The translations under genes were made by a program, and so were the position numbers. From NCBI RefSeq assembly GCF_964204645.1, contig NC_134031.1:3968001-4032000 (forward strand): a DNA stretch of 64,000 nt, given 5' to 3'. The notes under the pieces were generated by a model. That model saw only the letters and a program-made list of their open reading frames with translations, was not told the origin of the DNA and did not search any database. Each line of letters opens with the position of its first letter. Positions within the stretch are counted from its first letter, which is position 1. Source of the DNA: Tubulanus polymorphus (taxonomy: Eukaryota; Animalia; Nemertea). Positions 1 through 11,287 of the stretch are shown here, one piece after another.

Positions 1-66
1 ATAACCTCCATCCCTTAACAGACAAGGCTTTAAAGCAACTTAATATAACGTAGAGTGGAGCAATAC

Positions 67-3000
67 CTTTAGTTTTGTACCAACTCCGTCAGTACCAGAT
101 ACAAGTAAAGGTTCACGGTAACCGGCTGCTTTCAAATCAAACATCCCTCCGAACATACCGAGCTCAACCTGACAGCCTGATCTGGACGTCGAAGCTGCCA
201 TAGGCGCGATTGCCCGCACGAGATTATCCCCCGCCATTATGTCAACGCCTGCATCTTTATAGCTCAATTGGGAAAACCTAAAAATATATCGTATGTTGGC
301 AATGTGTAAAACTAATATCAATTCAATCGTCAAAATTCTTCAACATAATCAGACATTTTTACCGCCATTACCATTCCAATGTGCATGTAGGTACTAGGTC
401 TAATGAATTTCATTTGATACATTTTTCATATTTTGTTTTAATGAAATAGGCCCCGAGGATACAAAAACGGAAAAAGCATGAGACTGGCAATGTGTCATCA
501 ATTTGCGCGAAATAATCAAACTCAGTTGAATAGTCATCATTGTACAAGTCATCACTATTTTCTAGTCCAAATTCCTAAGTCTAAATTATAAGTCAGTGAA
601 TTTAGTCATAACTTCGAAAATGTCAGAATAGATTATGAAATCATTAACCGTGGGTTTTGTTTGCTTATCAGCCCTGAATACTGACATTAATTTCAAATTT
701 CAAAGTGTAAGCCGTCATTTGGCATATCAACGGTCCCAGCTACGATGACTAACCATGAACACTATAAGTTCCGATACTTGCTAAACCAGGCAATATACGG
801 TAAAAAGAAATTCAAGGATTCATTGCACTGAACTTTATTCAATACTAAAAAAATTCAAACATGCTTTATTGTCACATGCTATTGCGTTTATACATTGCTA
901 TACTCAGATATAAAAGTTTATACAAAACAGGGCTGCCAACCTCTGAAAAGGGCTATCAGTAACAAATTGGATTTTTCTCAATAACATTTCTTTAGAATAT
1001 GAAAGAAAATGTTCAAATTGATCAGTGATAAACAGTAAGACTCTCAGTAACGTTTTTCATATTTCTGTAGCATCAAACAAAACAAATCAGTATTTCTCAT
1101 TATAGAATAGTAACAAATACTGAAAATCAGTTGGCATCTATGCAGACATTCAGTCCTCAATCTAACATTTGCCGCCGGAAACCTGTATAAAAATCTTTAT
1201 CCTCATTTTGAGAGGGAAAATGAGCCCGGATACGCGAAACAACGCAAGATGGTAAATTCATTCGATTTTTCCTGCCGCAGTAGTGCCCCAACCAACAAGT
1301 AAATTGTCTATACGCCATATCCCTGAATTTCTCGTCGATAGGTCCTTTAAATGCTTTTTTGCCATATTGCTGTTTGAAGTCAAACCAGACGACCTGCAAC
1401 ACCCACTCATTCATGCAAACAGAAGCAAATGCTTTGGTGTCGGCGATACATTTCGGAATGGCCTCACCATGCTCCTGGAATTGCTCTATTCGGTCGATTT
1501 CTGCCATTTTTTCTACAACAGCTTCATTTTCTTGGCAACAGCGACATTCTGGCTTCGTCGGAAATACCTTACAATTATTACAAGAGCAGCTGTAAAACAG
1601 AAAATAATCATTGTCATTTAGTTTTGAGAGATTAATATGTCATTAAAATCAATTGTTTGCCATAACTGGGACCTCTGCTGCGATTTTGGCCGATAATCGA
1701 TATTTCAATTCTGCTTAAATTACATCATAAAATGATTATTAAACGCATGAGAAATCATTTGTACATTACGGCAATTTAACTAGGAATCGTTCATTTATTG
1801 GTTAAGCACGAAATTTGAATTTTCCATGTCCCTTTTGTACGCAAAATCGGAAATCTTTTACTTAAAGCATTATGATACGCAAAAGCACTTACTTCATCCC
1901 TCTCCCCTAATGCCTATTTAATAAATGAAAGATGCCCTAGAACATCATGCGTGGTACGAATGAAAATAAACAAATATTGAACCCACCACTCATGTAAGCT
2001 ATCCGGCTTCAGCCTATCGAATGTCTCCTCCAGCGGAACCGGTGTCTCATCAGAGTCCGTTGCGAGCGGTTCAAACATATAAGGCTGCGGAACAAACAGT
2101 CCGTTGTTGAAAGTCATCTCCGGTCCATACATGTAAGGCCCGATATCGAGCACTTCATCTGAATCTCCGGATGTCGATGTCCAGAATTCTTCCTCGGAAT
2201 CCGACACATCTGATGAGTCCGAGTCGGTATAACTACTATCCCGTGACTTATCCGATGAACTGCTATAAAAGTTATCGGAAGATTCTGTGTTGCAAGTTTT
2301 TATTGTTATTGACGTTTTGACGAAAAGCACCCGACATACAGTACTAATATCAAGCTTTCGAGGGCGCAACAAAGAGATGGTCTCACGTTTAGTCATAATT
2401 ACCGCTACTGCTTTCAACTAGCATTGAACTGGATTTTTAGATTCCAGAACCCAAAATGGATCATACTTTTCGACTCAAGGGTTTTGTGTGCTTCTTATTG
2501 ATAATAGATTTCTGAGAAAAGTTGATTTAATTCACCTCTAAATATAGAATTTATTGAACGCGGAAAATCAATTAACGAATAGCAAACGCTCAGATTGTAT
2601 GATCAGAAAATTGTCAACAAGAGCGAGAGCTATTATGGGGAAAATATAGATACACTGAACTCATATGAATTCTTTTTCATAGCCCTTTCACACCCTAAAC
2701 TGTTCAATTGGGAGTAAATTCCAATTTCTGAACATTGCACAGCGATGCGGTGTATAATGGAAATATCCCAATACATGTATAGTGCCTGCGGTGTACCATT
2801 AGTTGCTAAGATTTCCCAATCTTGGACGGTGTTACTATTTTCAATATTTTTTAACAATAAATATATGGATACATGGCACAGCAGGGTAGACACAATGGAA
2901 AAGTTATACACCGCATAGCGGGATTGATGCAATAAACAGGTTTAAACTTCCTCGTACTAGAAGTTGTTAAACTTCTAATTTTCATATCTGTCGATTTAAC

Positions 3001-6000
3001 CTGTATAGGATTCAACTAGGAAACCTTTCAAAACAAATAATCATTTCAATGATACTCACTTCAAAGCGTGATGTCCGATGTCTTTCCGAAAGAATGAATT
3101 TTTAAACCGGATTCGGCCAGCCATAGTTTGGGACGTTTTTATTGTAGCAGTTAAATCATTGTCAACAGCAACGACAGTTAAAACCCGGCCACCAGATGTG
3201 ACAAATTTACCTGTACCGTCTACAGTTGTGGCACCATGGTACAACAAAATATTCTGCCCACCTTTAAGTAGTTCATCGAAACCTGTAAAGAAAAGAAGCT
3301 TAACTTGAAAGTTCATCGACACTTGAAAAAAAACTATTGTATTGCTTTATATTGTCGACAATAATCAATATAAAATACGCAATATTAAGGATCAATGAAG
3401 TTATTTTCAATTTGAATATATCAATTATTGAAATGAATTGACCGGCAACCAGTCTAGCCCGATGTATTGATGAAATAGTGCACATCCTCTCAAAAATAAT
3501 TATCAAAATTTATCAAAAATAAGACGGCATATTTATGACATAAAAACGTATGAATGCTCTGGACGGTACATGAACTATGATGAGCATTTTGAGATCTTTC
3601 AAACGACACAACTCCACCTATGAAGGACCACCCAAGGTACTAGAAATCATACAAAATTGATAACCTACCTGAAATTTCGAAACCCTTCTGGAATGAAGTG
3701 GGATAACCTCCGCTGACTAAAACAACTCCGACGGCAAAACGATCTTCATAAAATGTCGGCTTGTTACTTTCAAGCGTCCCGTTAATGCAGTGAGTCATAG
3801 TTTCATAAAGATCTGATGACAACATTGGCATAAGAACCTACAGTCAAAAAATATATGTCACATTAATCTAACTCTTCCATTTCCGGTAGGAGCAGCAGAT
3901 ATTGTATAAGGGGTGGCTGATTTTTAGAGGGGCGCATGTAAAAATGAAAGGGGTGGGCGCACATCTAAAACCTGTTGTGGAGAACACTGAAAGCAATTTT
4001 CACAATTTATCAAAATCATGACTTTAACTCAGTGCATTGAATTGCAAATACAAAATGGAACTAGAAAATAGAGTCATGATTGACAACTTATCCAGTGACC
4101 ACTTAGGCGAATTTGACTTACGCCCCCAGTAATACTATGTAAATCCATTCATACAGACCTGCGTTTCTGGATCTCCAAATCGACAGTTGAATTCGAGTAC
4201 TTTTGGCCCATTCTTCGTTCTCATGATCCCGGCGTACAGCACACCTACGTATTTATTTCCATCTTTATTCATTCCGTCGATAGTTGCCTGAACGACGTTC
4301 TTCTCGATCTCTAACAGTTCCGCTCGAGGCACGTGAGGGCACGGGCAGTAAGCTCCCATTCCACCGGTGTTCGGGCCTTTGTCACCGTCGCAAAGCCGTT
4401 TATGATCTTGCGCTGGTGGAAAGCAGGCATACGTCTTACCATCAGTAAATGCCAATACCTGTTAGAATTATTCAACTATTTATGTCAACAAAGGTTTCAG
4501 AGATAAGCAACTGTAAGGCAACTGCATAAATTATTTTCACATTGTTCCCACAGTTACAGGAAAAAAAAATTCCCCAAGTATTTCATGGGTGATTTTTCAA
4601 TTTTTCCAAATGGACAACAGGGCCTTTATAAAAATGGACAGATACCATCATACTACATTTTAATGGTGACTGAGTGATAAAGGTGATTTTCAAGAGAAAT
4701 TGCTGTTGAAAGTTGCCCTTGGCAAATGAAATGTAAACGAATTTCCCAATATATTCCCCTGACTAGAGGAAAATTTCTCAAATTCCCAAATATTTCCATA
4801 CTGGGAATACTATTTCAAAATTCCCAAGTTTTTCCCAATTACCCGGTACTGTGGGAACCATGCTTCCAGAAAATTAGAACACCTGGCTAATATATGAATA
4901 CGGATAAATGTCATGTGCGACAAATTTTGTTTCCATGATGGAAATTTTTCTACGTATTCATCTTACACGGATATTGTGTATACATATCTTATCGACTCGT
5001 ACTTACAGATATTTCCTCTCCTTCTAATCGTTCTTCTATGACGACAGTATCACCAGCACTACCGAATTTCTTATCCTGAAATGATAAAAATCATACCATT
5101 ATTCGTATCCTCGCCATATCTAACTCAGGGATCCATTCATTTATTACGTACGCATAAAATTTGAAATTTTCAACCCCCCCTCGCCCTCTGTACGCAAAAT
5201 CAGCCATTTTTTCATATACATTAAGCATTACAGTACGCAATTGCACTGACCCCCCCTCCCCTAATGCGTACGTAATAAATGAATGCTTCACGCGTCACGC
5301 GTCGGATGAAGAAATAATACTAAATCCTAGTCCAAAGAAAATAAGCCTTATACTAGGTTTTGTAAAATAAAGATTTTGGAAATGTGTGATTTTTAGAGTT
5401 AGCTTTATCCAGCTTAAAATTAATTCACATTGAAAATCCAAAACTTCAATTGTTTGAACCAATTTTCATCGGCCAACAAAAATATACAGAACGCACATAC
5501 CTGAAGTATAAGTTTGACTGCCTGACATGCTTCTTCTCTAGTTTCGGCAACAATAACCCCCTTACCGGCAGCAAGCCCACTTGCTTTTACGACTAACGCA
5601 GGATAATCAGCGCTGAAATGAAATACGTAACACTAAAATCTTTCATACCATCTTTTATTAGCCTATCCACAGGATGCATCTATAAACAAGGGTAATGTTT
5701 TTAAATGAATTCAAGGGTAATAGAAATACATGGGATAACTGGGACAAAAGCTGGGCTGAAGAACTCACCAATTTATGTGGTTGCAAGCTTCATCGGCATT
5801 AGAAAATGATTTCCAACGTGCAGTCGGAATCTTATATCTATCCATAAAATCTTTAGCAAATGCTTTGCTGGCTTCTAATCTTGCGGCTTGAACACATGGT
5901 CCAAAACAGTTAACACCTAAATAATGTCAGAAAGAAATTCAATTAGATGCAGTAATAAAACTAGAGCCAATGAGTAGATCATTGTCACTTCTAATCACTT

Positions 6001-6671
6001 AATCATAATCTTATTCTATTCAAAATACTCTCAAAATTATGAAAATGAAAAAAGTCAACAGAACGCCTCACCTCAATCTTAGGTTGGCCTTGAAATGATG
6101 GCAGTGAAAAAATCGAACTTACCACTTTTAAGAAGATGATCTGTAATGCCATTAGCCAATGGGTTCTCAGGACCCACGACAACAAGGTTGATGTGATTTT
6201 CCAAGCACCATGTTGATAAATTGTTGAAATCATTTGTATCAATACCTATAAAAGATGATTCTTTTCTCAGATGGATGAAGAAGATTGACCCAAAGGGTTA
6301 GAACATAGGAAATGAACAAAATTTTAACTCCAGATTGAAAGTTAGCCCACAGCCGTAGAGCTAGGCCCTAAGTTTTTAACATCCACTCAGGAATTCATGG
6401 GTACAAAGTTCATCAAACCCACCCAGGTTGGAGTTCAATGCTAGATTCCATTGCATCAATATTGTGGCATATGAAAGTGAAGAAATACTTGAATTCAAAT
6501 TACTTTAATACCCCTACGGTACTTACAGATGTTACTGATGTTATTGGAACAATTCATTGTCCCTCCATTGCCCGGAGCTACATAAACATGTACAACTCTG
6601 TTAGATTTGATAAGGTTTACAGCGAGGGCATGTTCTCGTCCACCACTTCCGATAATGAGAACCTTTGCCAT
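67..6671 (-). CDS. GART: Trifunctional purine biosynthesis protein GART (GARS-AIRS-GART), 5' part; continues past the left edge
   Basis: Exons 6527-6671 ([17 protein letters not shown]...VAPGNGG), 6123-6245 ([13 protein letters not shown]), 5769-5916, 5501-5612 ([13 protein letters not shown]), 5007-5075 ([10 protein letters not shown]), 4159-4458 ([27 protein letters not shown]), 3669-3837, 3060-3282 (TSGGRVL), 67-277 (AIRS start: [18 protein letters not shown]). All have GT-AG boundaries; the junctions checked are in phase. Confidence 0.96.
928..1142. mobile_element. Non-autonomous TIR element (MITE)
   Basis: Imperfect terminal inverted repeats CAGGGCTGCCAAC ... GTTGGCATCTATG; no ORF. Confidence 0.55.
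1157..2396 (-). CDS. P2X7 cytoplasmic ballast (P2RX7_C)/KolX/Nanor-like Cys-rich protein, 2 exons, ~280 aa, nested in a GART intron
   Basis: Exon 1987-2396 (acidic Ser-rich region, PYMFEP) joins exon 1157-1589 in phase ([51 protein letters not shown]). Motif order matches the P2X7 C-terminal zinc/guanosine-binding domain. AATAAA signals on - strand near 835 and 866. Confidence 0.85.
1781..1940. mobile_element. Degenerate MITE in the intron of the nested gene; same family as 5127-5290
   Basis: TIRs TAGGAATCGTTCATTTATT / AATAAATGAAAGATGCCCTA; internal segments (tgtacgcaaaatc, ctcccctaatgc) are shared with 5127-5290. Confidence 0.65.
4540..4862. mobile_element. MITE in GART intron
   Basis: TIRs CATTGTTCCCACAG / CTGTGGGAACCATG with internal TTCCC(A) subrepeats. 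Confidence 0.6.
5127..5290. mobile_element. MITE in GART intron
   Basis: TIRs CATTCATTTATTACGTACGCAT / ATGCGTACGTAATAAATGAATG. Confidence 0.75.
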
Positions 6672-6872
6672 ATCTGCGTATATAGTACTGATTTCAGGTT
6701 AGCTGTAAAAGTAGAAATATAACTATCAAGGCTATAAGCCCTCGATGCGAAAGTAGCCAGGATCCAGTTCCGCATACGCTGTATTTGTCAATTGAGGGAA
6801 TTCTTAGTTAAGATTAGATCATTTTCTATGACTTGACTTCGAGTTAAATCTGAACACAGTGTAGTTAGTTAC

Positions 6873-7074
6873 CCAGGCCCGGTTCCACTGTGAGTTAGAG
6901 TTAACTGTGAGATAAATCAATTCATTTTTGAGGATGTATCTCGAGTCAAATTCAACTGTAGAACTGGGATCCAGTTCCATGTGAATTAGAGTTAACTCTT
7001 GACTTAACATCAGTTCATTTTCAATTACTTAACTCTGAGTCAAATCTTAACACAAAACTGTGGAACTGGGATCC
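6873..7074. mobile_element. Tandem short TIR elements (GGATCCAGTTCCAC..GTGGAACTGGGATCC family; PIF/Harbinger-like MITEs); another copy at 12629-12732
   Basis: Repeated termini (G)GAACTGGGATCC and internal GAGTTAAC repeats; very similar sequence at 12629-12732. Confidence 0.6.
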
Positions 7075-7091
7075 TAATCTTTGGTGGTAAG

Positions 7092-7207
7092 CACAGGGGC
7101 CTGACACAAAAAGTTTTTCACCCCAGTAGGCCTATATATAAAAACGACTTTTTATATATAGTACCTAGGATACCGGGGTCAAAAACTTTTTGTGTCAGGC
7201 CCCTGTG
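7092..7207. repeat. Near-perfect ~116-bp palindrome (foldback element)
   Basis: CACAGGGGCCTGACACAAAAAGTTTTT ... AAAAACTTTTTGTGTCAGGCCCCTGTG, with inner TATATATAAAAA/TTTTTATATATA arms. Confidence 0.85.
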
Positions 7208-8814
7208 TTGGTGAGCTTTTATAATCGGATGGGCTTTTGCGAAAATATTCGATCGTGAAACTAAACCACAGACAGGCTACGTTGACACTGTGCGTGCTGG
7301 GGGAGACACAACAAGATTTTTTGTGGGCAATGTAGTAAAATGGATTGAAATCAATGTTTCCGTACAGCTGCCCAACCTATATCAGGTATGTAGCCTGATA
7401 TGGAAACTGCCTGAGCTAGGCAACCGGACGTCCCTCTCTCCGTCCCCTTCTCTGGAAGCAATCTCAAAAATGTTTTTAGCCTAAAAAATTGGCGGTTTTT
7501 GTTATACGTGGCTGTGGTCGTGGAACTAAACAAAGTCACTGCTGACTAAGACACTTCGTGATCGTGGCCCCCCTTTTTGGTGTCACCATTGGCTGAGCTT
7601 CTATGTTATTTACCAGTTATTCTTTAGAATGCAGGACAGGTAAATTCAAAGCTTAGCGAAAGATTTCAGATTGTCCAGAAGGCCCCGCGAGCCACCATGT
7701 CATCAATACAATTCAACGACCGCTTTATTGGACAAATTTTGCATCACTAATTCTTTAATCAAAATGAAACGAATAGGAAATTTCTATATCATTTCATACC
7801 CGTGGGCTAGGGGAGTTTTACTGCCATATCGAAAATGTGGAATAAACGCCTAACCCTGGGATTCGACACTGCGCTTAATATGGATCCATACTGAACTTTC
7901 ACCATTTTTAGAGGGCACCAGAAAATCGAAAAACCCAAGCATTTCAATATAATTCAATTATATTTTATTGATCCAAATATTGAAAGAGTACAATAAAAGG
8001 GATGAATTATTATTACAGGATCAGTGACCATTGAAAGGCTTGATACTTGATGTATGTTTCTAATATCCAGAGTTAAGTCAGTAAAATGACATTAATTAAT
8101 CAATTTCCTGGATAGAGGTGATGTACATTGATCTCAATCACCAGGGACTTGTCACTGGTGAATGAATAAAACCAATATCAATGACCAAAATATCTCTGTA
8201 TTATAAAAAAAAGATTTTTTTAATTATACAGGGATACTGGGGTTGGTCATTGGTACTGGTTTTATTCATTCACCAGTCAATTGTGACAACACCCTGTGAT
8301 TCTGATCAATTCTGATCGATCAGAATGTACTTCTGAGCGCATACGAAGCAGATCCTTACTTATTCAGTGACCTGTCTGTGGTTTAATTTCATGATTGGAT
8401 ATTCTCACAAAAGCCCATCCCATTATAAAAACCACCATAGATCAGGTAACTAACAAATCCTTTACAGATATAAAACACTCAGCTTCATTGAAGTTACTCA
8501 GTAATTTTCTTTTCAAATTTTAAGTTCACAAAAAATGTGCTAGCTTATGATATTTCATATATGTTTTAATTCTGTCAGAACACTATGGAATGAATAAATC
8601 AGCACCAGTTTCATCGAGTACTGCGCCCTTCATATATGCAACAACACTCGGCCAAGAGAGACAAACTGCTGAAACATGTCACGAGATGTCTCATCCTGCT
8701 TTACATATAATATGCTAGTTTATCCATTCATGCTTGCGAAACTACCTTCAAATCAAGGCGTTTTCCGATCATTAGAACAACATCTGTCGAAACAATATCA
8801 CATAGAAATAATTC

Positions 8815-10815
8815 TCACATTGCTTGATTTTCAATTTTGAGTTTTTTAATGATATCTGCACGGTCACACTTCCGTAGTGCTTGAGCGACCATTGAGACAG
8901 TAGCTTCTCCTCCCTCCCGTGTCTTCCTCCAAAGCAACAGCATTTGATAGGCCTGTTCTTTCGTATCACCGCGATAGTCCTCGCTGATACATTTTATATC
9001 GCTTTCATCAATTTTAAGGTAACGCCCTGAAAATGAAATTTGCTATGATTGTTAATTCAATGATTCTCACTTTCACTGAAGAAGGAGTTTTCAACGAATC
9101 GAGGAATTTTAGGGACCCTGTAATCTCGATTCGAGATTTTATACGTCGTACATAAATAAATAAATGATCCCTTAGTAAGGCCTACCTAAACGCTTCCAAT
9201 CTATTCCGATTAGACCCTGAATCGCAAGAAGATCGTCTTGTTCTACTTCCTTAAAGCAGCCTGTAAACATTAAGCGGTCAAACTTTAGAGCATATTCATC
9301 ACTTTCATATCCCAATTACGGTAGACTCCCCCTACTGTTTATCTTGGTAAACCATTAATTCAGTGGTTTTGTAAGCACATTTTTTCCTACACACTACCTT
9401 AACATGGTTTTTAATTCAGCAATTGCCTATGGTAATTGGATAAAAAAACCCTGGTCCAACTATATCAATAATTTCTCATTGCCTATATCCCAAAATTGAA
9501 GGAGTTTTAAAGTAGTTTCGAGCATTTTGCTCAAATTAAAGGAGTTTATTCAAGCACCTTTAAAAGCAATTTCTATTTAGAAGGAGATTTTAAGTAATCA
9601 AGGAGTTCAGCCGTAGGGACCCTGTTTTAGATCAATCAATACTTACAAAATATAGGGTCATCTTTCGGCAGTTTTTCCTCGGTGGATTTACATGGTCCTT
9701 TCGAATATTTGTTCGTTTTCGATTTACCCATATAGACCGTTGCAAAATTATTGTTTCCGATTTGAACATTCTTACATTTGTTGACATGAATAATTCCAGG
9801 CTTTAACGATGTGGCTGAAATAAAAACAAACAAAATAATCCAAAACCAATCCACGATTATACCCATCCTCTAAATTGCCTCCTGCCATGCTAACACCAAC
9901 ATACCCTTGCTGTAGACCCTTTATTTGTATACTAACACTACTCTTATTTTTCTGGGGGGGATTTGCTTAATACATAGACTGGTGGGCACCGAGCAGTAAC
10001 GTCTCCGCCCAAGAAATCTTCGGTGGTGTATTAGGTCAATGAAGGGTCTGTAACCAGGGTTAAGTTGGTCTTAACTGAGATTTGTGCAAAGACCTGTCTC
10101 TGCAAAAGGCAAAATAGACCAACTTAGTGAAGACCAAAATAAATGGCTAAGACCAACAATTGACTTAAGTTGGTCTTAATTTTAAGCCACGACTATGCAA
10201 CCGGGCCCAGGCTTTAAGTTGACGCAAGTTTCGGCGGACATAATCTTACCCTGGCAAGCAAGGATGGATGATACCGTATTCATAAAATGTATGAAAACAC
10301 TGCTTGAAATGGTATAAAAAGGCACCTACCTATGGCCGTATTAAGAGAAAAGTTCATATTTGTTTCTACCGAACATCCATCCTGAAACGAACATCCATCC
10401 TGAAAATAGACAGGTTTATGAAATCTTAAATTCATGAATGATTACAAAACTTATTCATATCAAGTGAAAATACGGATTTCTTCATCCAGATCCGAATCAA
10501 CTAAATATTTCGACATTAATGATTTGAGAACTAGAAAATTGCGACATTCCGAAAAGGTGTGGAATCATAAATATTACGAATAAAAAGGATCCAGTTTAAC
10601 TGCAGTTGGGCTAAGTTGACAAAAACACAAATCTATAGACATACCGTCATTCATATGGCATAGCTCACCTCAGCTGCCATAGCACAGTTTGACAGTTGAG
10701 TAAGTACCTGCTGGCTTTGATCTTTTATATCATCATCATATTCAGTCTTTGATATTTCCATGGGTCTTTCATTTGTATCATCTGCGGACTCAGAAATTGC
10801 TAATTTATCAGACAT
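8815..10815 (-). CDS. RHIM + death-domain adaptor protein (IMD-like / kinase-less RIPK-like), 5 coding exons, 210 aa
   Basis: Exons 10708-10815, 10330-10399, 9647-9814 (IIHVNKCKNVQIGNNNFATV, RHIM), 9186-9260 and 8815-9026 (LLAIQGLIGIDWKRLGRYLKI..DIKCI..EQAYQMLLLW..ATVSMVAQALRKCDRADII, death domain). Total 633 nt, all in phase. Confidence 0.85.
10054..10210. mobile_element. MITE; same family as 63717-63862
   Basis: Shared AAGACCAACTTAG/AAGTTGGTCTT subrepeats and a 3' end CACGACTATGCAACCGGGCCCAG. Confidence 0.55.
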
Positions 10816-10893
10816 CTGTAAAAAACAGCAAACCTAATTTATTTCTTGCCTTAATAAATAAGTGGTAATGATCGGATCGAAAAAAGGCAGGTG

Positions 10894-11287
10894 ATTTTGC
10901 CAATGCAGCATTATTCCTGTTTAACACTATTTTGCCAATGGCTCGTTCTGATTGGCTAATTGACGCTGTGCATGTGGACTGAGGTGCGCGTATTAGAAAA
11001 TCCAAGGAAAGTGTGGAGTAAATTACTAGCATAATGTCTTTCCACAAGACAACCGGGCTCACTGCAATCCAGTTGTAGGTTGTTACTACATATAGCCTCA
11101 CCTTACCCTAACCCTAACCCTACCCAGACCCTTGAACCTCACCCTAACCCTAAGGTTATCCCTCGGAGACCCTGACCCTATTGAAACCCTAAACCTAAAC
11201 CCAATATAATGATTTTATTGTTATGTCGTAATTTATATAGCCATTGGCAAAATAGCGTTTACTAAAATAATGCCGCATTGGCAAAAT
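10894..11287. mobile_element. TIR element carrying degenerate telomere-type (TAACCC)n repeats at 11101-11202
   Basis: ~50-bp inverted repeats TTTTGCCAATGCAGCATTATT..CTATTTTGCCAATGGCT / AGCCATTGGCAAAATAG..AATAATGCCGCATTGGCAAAA flank the CCCTAA arrays. Confidence 0.75.

Noticed and set aside
278-3059. Complete Kolobok transposon around the KolX-like gene
   Set aside because: No transposase ORF, TTAA-flanked termini or long direct repeats were found by eye. The TTAAAG at ~1862 belongs to an unrelated MITE.
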